A stretch of DNA of 64,000 bases from Iphione sp. A-MEVVRFRX5 (Eukaryota): assembly GCA_976226885.1 (NCBI GenBank), contig OZ320323.1:13578001-13642000 (forward strand), in the 5' to 3' direction. A program made the translations under genes and the position numbers. Below, in pieces: positions 10,001 through 44,873 of this stretch; the stretch's first letter is position 1; the number at the start of each line of letters is the position of its first letter. The notes under the pieces were generated by a model, which was not told where the DNA came from, made no database searches, and was given only the letters and a program-made list of their open reading frames with translations.

Positions 10001-13000
10001 AGGTCCCGCCTGACCTCCTCTAGGAGTTTTCCGAGCATATTTTGTCCAGCATACGTTCCTTCGGTAATACTCTTTGATTGTGCTTCGACACCAACCCCCC
10101 AATAGGGATGCTTGCTTGCCTCAATTATAATATCCTTCCCTGTGGATATAAGTGTCTCGCGCAATTTGTCATTTTGGGCAAACTTGTGTCCCAGTATATC
10201 TTTCATAATGGCACGCTTCTCATCCTTCCACGGTTCACTGCTCTTGATCTGTTTTCTTACTCTCCTGAGTTTTTCGTTATCCGTGGTCTTTTCAATTAAT
10301 TCAGCAAGTTCATTTTTACCATGCTTAGTCGCTTTGGCCCAAGTGTAGGCCTGTTCTGCTGAGCTAAATTCCGTTTCACACCAGTCAATTTTACTGCTAG
10401 TCAAATTCGAGAACGGGGCTCCCTCTCCCTGGACTATCACCTTTCCATCCTTGGCCTGTTGTCTGGCATTAGCCAGGCTGTATTCCTCCGGCAATTTGTC
10501 CAGGGAGTCATAACGATACCATCTTTTATCGATTTCAATACGGTTCTCTCTTAATCTCACTGCCTTTGTTGGGGCAACCTCCTTCACCCTCTTGGCAATC
10601 GCTTGTAGGTCCATTCTCACCTTTCTCTCTTCAGGCGTTTCATCGTTGTTGAGCCAAATTTCTCTTCCTTTGAGTTTTCCTCTTGCTGCCATCACTTTCT
10701 CTTTCGCACACATTCTGGTAAATCGTACAAACATCCCTCGTCTTCCACCTTTGTCCTTTTTCGTTGTTCTGTACGCCAGATCAATGTCATACTCATATAT
10801 GTCAGTGCCCATGGTATCAAATAGGGCAACGCACATAGCCACACACGATTCCCCAGGTATTTCGTCAAGTCCATCAATGTATAGATTGTACTTGCGATTA
10901 AGGCGGTCACGACTAGTCTTACTTGCCCGAGTGTTGTCGGGGGCAACTTCTTTTCCAGATATCATTATAGCTGACATCATTTCCGCTTTAAGCTTCTTGT
11001 TTTCTGCTTTGAGGTTATCAACCTCACGCCGTAGTGCAGCAATCTCGCTGGTATTGTTTTTGACTGTATCCACTGTACTTTTGAGTGTTTCGTTCACTTC
11101 CTTCACCTCCTCTCTGATGCGTTTTGAGATATCGATCTGCTCTTGTGAGCTACGTTGCAACTCAGCAAACATCTCCTCCATAGATAGCGGGCCGCTTGAC
11201 CTTTTGTTATCAGTTCCATTTCCCGCATCACTGCGTACAGTGTCTTCACCTGTGTCATTTGGCCCCCGTGGGCGTTTCCTAGATGTTGAACGGCGGCGGT
11301 CGGAGGCACTTACACTATCAAGGTCTCTTCTTGGGCGTTCTGCAGTTTCCATCCTTATCAGGTTGTATTCACATATACACCTAAGCGATTTCGCGGTGAA
11401 TGTTTCCACAGACTGTGTGTACTAGAGCGTGCTGCTGTCCGTAGGTACCCTTCTATTTATAGCACATTCAACGTCTCTACGTGTGCACCGGTGGGCCCTG
11501 CGCAGGTAACATTTGAAAGTTACTCAATTATCGCTTTCTTCAACAAACTTTCCTTTACCTCAGGCAAACGTGCGTTATTAGCACTTTTCTTACCGTCAGG
11601 CCAGTCACATTGAGTTAAACTTGGTATTCACGGTTTTTGTTTTGTCCGGCAATTCTTATAAAATGTAATGCTCACCTTCTTGTCTGCGAGCGGTGATCGG
11701 GACAACCGTACTCACCTAGGCGCCATTGATACCGGCGCATTCGCTAACGCCCCGGGCGCCGGCGGCCGACAGGGTCGTCTCGCCCAGCGCGCAAGCGCCT
11801 AGCGTGCCGGTAGTGGTTGACCCTACTGAGTCACCACAGGCAGCTACCACAGGTATCATGGACACACCAACAGACACAGTACTGAGGGAGCATTCTACCA
11901 CCTCTGTACTGGTCTGTTTAGTCTTTTTAGCAGATCTACCAGAGGAAGATCTCTTGCCTCTCTTCTGCTGCCTGGGCTGCTCTACTGGCATGCCCATGAT
12001 AGAGGAGGCCAAGTCCATGATACCACAAATACAAAAGCAATAAACACAAAATCAACAAAGCAAAGTTGAAAAAATACTCCCTTTGGTGATCCTGATAGCA
12101 ATAGAAATAGCAGAAAGAAAGAACAGTGACAGAACAGTAAGAATTCTAAGACAGGTCTGAACTGGGTGACTGCTAGACTAAAAGTGACAACAACCAAGAT
12201 GGCTGACTGTGGTGGCGCCACTGGGCTGTATCTCAGGGAGACACCTAGTGTCCTATGCTGGTACTAAAGTTTTGTTCTGTCTAGAGTCTTTTAAAGATTC
12301 TGGGATCTCTCCTATTGTGAAGGTCTATATGCATGGGAATATGAGGCTTTGTCAGGTTCTTGGGTCTCCCTAAAAGCCAAGAGGTGTGCAGAGAAATATA
12401 ATGCTTTGTCCCATTAGCATTCAATACAAACTACTAAACGATACATTTAAGATATAATCACTTACTTCAGTGTTTGCGACTCCAGCATATCACAGTGATG
12501 CAACAGGTCTGTCAGGTGAGCCACAAACCACCAGCTCCCGCAACTCGAGCTGAATTAATAACATAAAACAAATCTTGAATCATATGACAATTCTTCTTCA
12601 TTATATATGTTAACTTATAACCCAAATAAAAAGGGTCTTACACTTATTTCATGACGATGTTATTTTCAAAACAATGCTAGAATGTTTGCCTACCGACCTA
12701 TACTCAAACAAATCTGACAGGAGGGCAAAATGAATGAGAAAACTATAGGATACCACTGTCTATCGAAGGACACGGGCACTGGGTGATTTGGTAAGTGGCA
12801 TTCCTAACCCACCTGGCCTCCTTGATAACCTGATGAATGTCAAACTCGAGTGTAGCCAGCAGGATGTGGTCCCAAGCCTGTAGATGGGCACTGCCACCGT
12901 ACGCATTGATGCAGAACTGGGCGTGGTACTGGACATCGATGGCCTTCACGGATGGGTTGTGGTAGAGTAGGCGTGTCACCAGCATGCAATACCAGCTGCC

Positions 13001-16000
13001 ACACAGGTCACGGAGCTCCATCAGAACCTGGTCCTCACCACACAGGATCTTCACGAATAAATAAAGCAATAGGATCAACAGCATGAACTGTAGTGTGAAA
13101 CCAGCTGACATAATAAAACCTGTCAGAAACCAGTAGATTGATATAAAACTGACATAAGCATGTAGCAAGGAAATATTTCTTATCGGAGATATGAAAACAT
13201 ATGTAAAAAGATATATACTTGAGGTTATAAAAATGTTGAGAGCATAAGAAAATATCATTGACCTAGTGAATGACTCTCATGTTAGAAGAAATATTATCCA
13301 GCCTTGAGCAACTCAGTCAAACACTAGTCCTCTCTCCAAACATCTGATTATGGACAATGTACCTGTAACACTTGGCACATGTACCCATCTAAAATTCTTA
13401 GGGTAGTCAACTTTTCGAAAACAACTAAAAACAAAATAGTTCAGATCACACTTAAATAAAGGCCTAAACTGATCCCATACCCGGCATATTGTTTGCAGTT
13501 TTTTGTCCACAGCAAAGACACCACTACTATATTCTGTCATGCACTCCTCCTGCCAGTGTCTCCACTTCATCTGGAACTCTCCCATGGACTGCCCGTTGAA
13601 CAGCTGTCAAACATAAGGAGTTTCATTTCATTCATTTATTAAAAACACATCGGAACTCAACTTATCTCTACCAGCTTTCTTTTCTAATTGTTTATTTTGT
13701 TGTAATTGTCAACTATGATTCCACTTCTATCTGAAATTCTGCCGTCCATCGCTGTTTGAGCAGCTGTCAATTCCATGTGTCAGATGCTTCATTTTATTGT
13801 ATTATCTAGAACAGAAAAGTTGTATCTACCGTGAATACTCCTCTTTTCTGTACCGGTCAACATCACTCCTTACATGTAATGTTCTTATGAACCTGCATCA
13901 TTTACTTACTGCAAAGAGAGGCATCTTTCTCAGTAAGGTGTCCATGACAACATGAGCATCAGATCCTGCACTTGCATGACGTGACAACATCTTCCTGGCC
14001 TCCTCCACGCGTCCTTGGAGAACATAGCAGTATATCTATAGGGTGGAAATGAAACACATATGATAAACGCGTAGACTGTCTTAACTATAAAATCAAATTC
14101 TAAACTGTAACGCTCCCTGCACAGATACTCCCCATATCCCTAAGTGAGACCAGGCACAGGTCACAATTTGCCTTCACAGATGAGAAATACCTTCGAGCCC
14201 ACTGACTACTCCCCTTATCAACACAGTCCCTACTCAACCACACCAACGGAGACCATAGTCATTATTTCTCATCTGTAAGAAGGAGGACCTTCTGTGACCA
14301 TATTATCACTAAGTAATTATAGTTCTGCTCCAGTCTCTTCTGGGGTTTATTCCAATGGTGAGTAATAGAACCTAAACACTGGTTTACATGTATATTGGTA
14401 GAACGTCAGTATAATAGACGATCTATGAAGGCAAATGATTCAAGCGACTCTGTACATCCGTGAACCTGATTTATCACGTTAGGAAACTCACCGCGTCCCA
14501 GTAGCTGGGATGATCTTGTGGTGGATCATGTTCGATGGCCTGCTTTGCAAGATGCTCGCCCTCCAAAAAGTGCCAACGCATCCATTCCAGAAGCTGCCCC
14601 AATACAGAGCCACCTGGGAGGGGAAAAAATGCTCATACAGTCAGACCTCAAGTAATCGAATCTCCTGTGTTTCCAGTGATCTTCTCGGGTTAACAAAGCA
14701 GTCAGATAATTCACACGTGAAAATTCATGAAAATGGTTATGCTGTGAAAATTCATCCAGATAACTCTGTAAATCCAGATATAGGATGATGATGTTTGACT
14801 GCATATAGTGTACAGTGTTTCCTTTATTTTTCATTATGGCCATGGGGCGTTTAATACCTAATTGTCCTTTAATTTTCACTAAATTGATCCTTACTGCTAC
14901 GGTGCTATTCGTGTGTTTTATTTGACTAGATGTTCCTACTATTTCTGTGAAGAGTAAGGTAGACAATACTATGGGAATGGTACAATGTTGAGATCTTAAT
15001 ATAGCGTAATAATATACAATATCCTTGCGGCAGTCAATTTAACATTCCTAAGACCATATTACAGAGGAACATTTGTTTTAAGCCAAAAGTTCAATAACTA
15101 ATGCTTTTTTCACGCGATATCATTTAGAAATTCACATACTAGGCTGAACATCAATGAAGAGAATCTCTGCCAGACTCCAAACAAGTTCTGTCATATCAAA
15201 CAACTGAAGCTGTGCCTCGTAGTCGTACTTCTCTGTGCATCCATCCTGGTCACTCTTTTCTGTAAACAACACAAAATGACACTCACTAATCATATTTGTT
15301 AGTAACTAGTGAAAATTGGTGGAGCTCTCTCTAGAAGAAACACCTGTAAATATGTAACCAGACCATTACCAGACACCTCCAAATCCATCTAGTCTTATCT
15401 GGCTCCACATACTCTATTAACAACAGTAAACAGAGATACATAAGAGTCAGACTCACTTGAGGCAGTTTGCAGGTCCATTAAACAAGCTTTGATGACAGAG
15501 CGATACTCTCGACTGAACTTGACAAGCCTAAAATAAAACATTGAGATAAGCAACTACTAAGGACAAATTAGAAGTATAACTAATAGTAATACGTTATCAT
15601 TTTTGTGAATTAGACAATGCTCATTTTGATTTTAGCTGTATTTATGACTTATAAAATCTTAATATTTGTTCCTTTCATACAACAGCACACTTACTGAGCT
15701 TTTTCCAGGCTACTTGAAGCTTGTGGTGAACATTTTTGAAGTTTTAAAAATATATCTGAAAATGGATGGAAGGGTAAAATCTTATGTGGAGATGTTTTGT
15801 AGGTATGTGACTATATATGACCTGTTACAAGAATATGAATGTCAATACATGTACTGTTTAATGTGCCTTTCCTTATCTGTCTTAGATAAAACACTCTGAA
15901 AAGAACATTTTTTTTCCAAACTGGACTACATTTTGTTTTGTATGATTGTACTACTTATTCCAATGTACTATCCACCATACTTTAAGGTGAATGGACCTAT

Positions 16001-17938
16001 CGCCGACGGTTGAATAAACGAGTAACACGCACATATTTTTATCATTTGTGACGTCATAACAAGAATCGTCCCATCATATGGCTTAAAATTCAGACAATGT
16101 CACAATTTAGTAATAATACGTGCACGTTACCTGTTTATTCAACCATTCTCTATGGGACACTAGAATACCTAAAATGTTATGAATAAAATCTTTCTCTGTT
16201 AGCAGTGAAAAGTACTCTTATTTTCAACACTGTCAGATTTCACAATGTGAGATTTGATTAGGACTGATGAGATTCATACTGTGTGTTTCATTGACCAGCT
16301 TCCGAGTGATGGGGCCGTGTAGGTCGATATTCCATCTGATTTCATGGATGAAACTTTCTTTTTGCTGACTTTGGTGAACATCATCTGGTGGGAAAGGGGG
16401 GGGGCGAAAAAAAACTTATGATTGTACACAAGTCTCATTTTCTAAAAATCGATACCTTCGATTTTCACACATAATTTTCATGTACTGCAATTGAACAACT
16501 CCACAGTTCAGTCACGTTTAAAAGAAATTCTTTAAAATGCATGATACCACTTATACAGCAGCATAGTGTCGAAATTTTACTACTGCTGAAACCAAAGCAA
16601 ATGGATGATTTTTTTTTTAATTGTAGACATTTTAGGACATTCTTCAAGCAATAACACTACCTCATGTACCTACCAGATTTGCGAATGTCTCCTCCACCAA
16701 AAAGAAAGAGATGATTGCCAAGTCCCCATGTTGTCTTGCACCCAAGAGTACAGGTTGCATCAGGTATGATCTGTGATCAAAAGAGTTTAAAAAAATGAAG
16801 CCGAGTGAAGTATCCTTATGTTGTGTATAACCAAGTACTAGAGGACTAAAACAGTCAAATGCAAGCTATAAACGGAATCAGTGTTGTCTGTTTTCTTTCT
16901 TGGGGTTTCTTTCAACCGGAAATTCAGCTCTCATTTTGTATTTTAGACACAATTGTCATATACATCAACACCATCAATGCCATCCAGTCTCTACCTAACG
17001 TTTAAATTTGTTACTTTCGCATAGTAACCCATCACTCCTTAGCATAATATAAGGTGTACATTTTATGCAAATCAACTGCACAACCCACTGTTCACAGAGT
17101 CAATGATTCCACCAAGAAACCTGATGTGAGGGAAGATGGAGTCCATATCCCACAAGATTGCTGAAACCATAATTCAATGTCCAATATTGCTGAGATATTC
17201 TCAAATATTGTTAGTGCAGTGGTCTAAGGCAGTATTAGTACTACCAGAACTTTGACGATTTCCAAGGTGTCTATCAAATAACTCTCTGAATGTCCTTAAA
17301 CTTTCCCTCTAACTAAAATTATGAACATGCCTTGATGTCCACAACATAATCCACTTAAATATACAGGCTTTCTTCCTGAGAACAAATTCGCATTCAAGAG
17401 TTAAATAATGCTATTTAGACAAAAAATTTACGTGGCTTTTGAAATAAAAGGCCATATGACCAATCTACATGTATATAAAGAGCATGAAACTTATTAATAA
17501 GATGCAGGTGGTAAACGAGCAAGCTGAACAGACTGAAGTTATCAATTAATGCTGCCCCCTTCATTTGGCTCTACAGAAACGTCCGGTAAACTAGAAATTT
17601 GCCATAGTTGTTTGAAACTCGTTCAGGCCTGAAAATGATCCAAACAAAGTGGTCTTAAAGGGTTCGGTAAACTAGAATGCACGGTGGTTTGTGCTCCAAC
17701 CTGAGATCCAAACGCAAACTGGTTCTTGTTTTGAGCGATATTAAGGGAAAACCGGTCACTTCAGCACGATTAGTGATGTATTTATCCCAAAATTGTATAC
17801 CTTTCCCCACTGGTCTGCTATTCGTATACAACAGTAACCAAAAAAGCACATTTAATACAAATTTTCAGCACCGAGAACGCAACTGCAGTCTACAATTTTA
17901 CTTACCATCGTTCTCGGCTCCTCACGTTCTGCCGCCAT
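405..17938 (-). CDS. NUP85: Nuclear pore complex protein Nup85, complete 21-exon gene, 662 aa
   Basis: Hand-spliced GT-AG exons with consistent phases, in transcript order: 17906-17938, 16674-16770, 16280-16384, 15695-15755, 15457-15527, 15140-15259, 14492-14613, 13910-14035, 13481-13603, 12813-13048, 12466-12549, 4391-4456, 3727-3777, 3353-3453, 3136-3221, 2944-2975, 2693-2793, 2284-2383, 1861-1912, 1483-1608, 405-500 (total 1989 nt). Recognisable Nup85 motifs: [69 protein letters not shown]-terminal [18 protein letters not shown]. Confidence 0.96.
944..1077. repeat. Two-copy 67-bp tandem duplication containing palindromes
   Basis: Copies start at 944 and 1011; each begins with the palindrome ATCACCATGGTGAT and ends with the hairpin TCTTATCAATGATAAGA. 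Confidence 0.85.
5013..8654 (-). pseudogene. LINE ORF2 (apurinic-like endonuclease + reverse transcriptase), disrupted by a MITE and a frameshift; ~932 aa when repaired
   Basis: EN motifs: LNVRS, FSESWL, RGGGL, NIYRPP, MGDYN, TIDL, SDH. After removing 6333-7175 plus one TA, the frame reads EEFKLGI|[22 protein letters not shown]. An apparent 2-nt loss near 6217-6223 shifts into [10 protein letters not shown]...DFEKAFDSV...[13 protein letters not shown]...YADD...YLGIILD. Confidence 0.93.
6333..7175. mobile_element. Non-autonomous Tc1/mariner-pogo type MITE with TA target duplication, inserted in LINE ORF2
   Basis: Left end TA|CAGTACACTCCCTGCCTGCGGACAC; right end GTGTCCGGAATCAAGAGAGTGTACTG|TA (imperfect TIRs). 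Internal ~83-bp tandem repeats (6476-6780), ~29-bp repeats (6785-6910) and (AG)n (7010-7061). Confidence 0.88.
8919..9087 (-). promoter_or_regulatory. Candidate internal promoter module upstream of ORF2 (AAGTTTAACTCA 12-mer plus TATA box); the TATA overlaps an AATAAA
   Basis: Minus-strand GTGCTATATAAATAAAGGGG around 8915-8935 and the 12-mer at 9076-9087 mirror the module upstream of ORF1. It could instead, or also, act as a poly(A) signal for the ORF1/SGNH region. Confidence 0.45.
9092..9796 (-). CDS. Stand-alone SGNH/GDSL-esterase-like ORF of the LINE, 234 aa
   Basis: SGNH blocks in the expected order: IILSSSHG (block I, GDS-like Ser), YPGAR (II), VVLWVGGNN (III), RDGCHL (V, DxxH). Esterase domains are known in CR1/L2-group ORF1 proteins. 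Confidence 0.8.
   Translation of the reverse strand: MVRRVIILSSSHGRGTAGYYRDPRWRVSVYFYPGARILDVINRFEGTLVPYVPWAVVLWVGGNNMTNLFRSRGPRQTTRYVIPRYQRVDTAVSEIMHDYQVAYERLRNMFPGSYIMISTVFGMDYATSNYQLNGYMNRGGSARRIQLLINRLVIVLNRRIVELNGSNGVPVPWTMRTIHSRHNGRWRHRYARLRDGCHLRPIWVPVAVTRIENALRRLYEFEDYLYYRYLQQFR
9964..11352 (-). CDS. LINE ORF1p-like protein (coiled coil, RRM, CTD) with a C-terminal NADAR/YbiA domain, 462 aa from ATG 11352
   Basis: Coiled coil ~10980-11170. L1-ORF1-type RRM/CTD: [44 protein letters not shown] ~9990-10440: [59 protein letters not shown]. Confidence 0.9.
   Translation of the reverse strand: METAERPRRDLDSVSASDRRRSTSRKRPRGPNDTGEDTVRSDAGNGTDNKRSSGPLSMEEMFAELQRSSQEQIDISKRIREEVKEVNETLKSTVDTVKNNTSEIAALRREVDNLKAENKKLKAEMMSAIMISGKEVAPDNTRASKTSRDRLNRKYNLYIDGLDEIPGESCVAMCVALFDTMGTDIYEYDIDLAYRTTKKDKGGRRGMFVRFTRMCAKEKVMAARGKLKGREIWLNNDETPEERKVRMDLQAIAKRVKEVAPTKAVRLRENRIEIDKRWYRYDSLDKLPEEYSLANARQQAKDGKVIVQGEGAPFSNLTSSKIDWCETEFSSAEQAYTWAKATKHGKNELAELIEKTTDNEKLRRVRKQIKSSEPWKDEKRAIMKDILGHKFAQNDKLRETLISTGKDIIIEASKHPYWGVGVEAQSKSITEGTYAGQNMLGKLLEEVRRDLIGTADPQMETE
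11453..11622 (-). promoter_or_regulatory. Candidate internal promoter module upstream of ORF1-NADAR (AAGTTTAACTCA 12-mer plus TATA box)
   Basis: TATAAATAG at 11461-11453 in the context GTGCTATAAATAGAAGGG, ~100 nt before ATG 11352; the 12-mer lies at 11611-11622. Confidence 0.55.
11716..12018 (-). CDS. LINE ORF0, 100 aa, with a basic patch followed by low-complexity sequence; function unknown
   Basis: First ATG after the pyrimidine-rich leader; contains [18 protein letters not shown]. The stop TAG is immediately followed by the donor consensus GTGAGT. No recognisable domain. Confidence 0.5.
   Translation of the reverse strand: MDLASSIMGMPVEQPRQQKRGKRSSSGRSAKKTKQTSTEVVECSLSTVSVGVSMIPVVAACGDSVGSTTTGTLGACALGETTLSAAGARGVSECAGINGA
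16008..16144. repeat. Small inverted-repeat (MITE-like) element in a NUP85 intron
   Basis: GGTTGAATAAACGAGTAACACGCAC ... GTGCACGTTACCTGTTTATTCAACC form imperfect 25-bp inverted arms. Confidence 0.6.
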
Positions 17939-18394
17939 TTCCAAGGTTTGGGGAGCATGAAATTATTTCGTTGGGATTGCAAAGAGCGTCCGTTTCGGAC
18001 CATCAGAGATCGAAAATAAAAACAATATATATCATATAAATAGAGTGTATACGTTGAAGATGAGGATATAAATTATTTTCCAAAATAATAAGTACTAAAA
18101 AATTAAAACAAAAGTTGATTTTGTTTATACCTCTTTAAACTGTCATTCATATTTGTATGACTGTTTAGAATTTACCATTTTCTTTTAAATTTATGTTTCT
18201 TTTTTTCTTGTTTTATTTAAACCACATGTATCTGTAGACGCGAAAGTAGAACTATACCAAAGAACCGAACTTTAGTACCCAAAAATATTAATGCTCCCTG
18301 TCAGCTGGGGGCACAAAAACCGCGCTGGGGGAGGGATGGGCCTAGTACTGTCAGTTCACTGGAGTTTTTGTACTCGGTCCAGTTACTTCTCATC
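17939..18394. promoter_or_regulatory. Short divergent (bidirectional) promoter region shared by NUP85 and CRYM
   Basis: The start codons at 17938 (minus) and 18395 (plus) point apart and are separated by only 456 bp. Confidence 0.7.

Positions 18395-44873
<26,479 letters not shown>

Larger units (their letters stand above)
4678..12230 (-). mobile_element. Non-LTR retrotransposon, CR1/L2 group (Daphne/Crack-like), near full length, four ORFs, in NUP85 intron 11 in sense orientation
   Basis: The 3' end has AATAAA (4699-4704) followed by an A-rich tail (poly-T on plus, 4678-4693). It contains APE-RT ORF2, an SGNH ORF, ORF1-NADAR, ORF0 and a pyrimidine-rich 5' leader (~12020-12230). The 5' boundary is uncertain (about 12210-12270). 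Subclade is assigned from motif style only. Confidence 0.9.

Noticed and set aside
10592-11425. 277-aa plus-strand ORF
   Set aside because: Antisense shadow of ORF1-NADAR, Ser/Leu-rich with no motifs.
4674-12231. TGTAT as target-site duplication of the LINE (4674-4678 and 12227-12231)
   Set aside because: Only 5 bp, overlapping the poly-T and lying inside a motif shared with 2168-2224; not strong enough to fix the 5' end.
12743-13258. 171-aa ORF as an independent gene
   Set aside because: It is NUP85 exon 10 plus flanking intron read-through.
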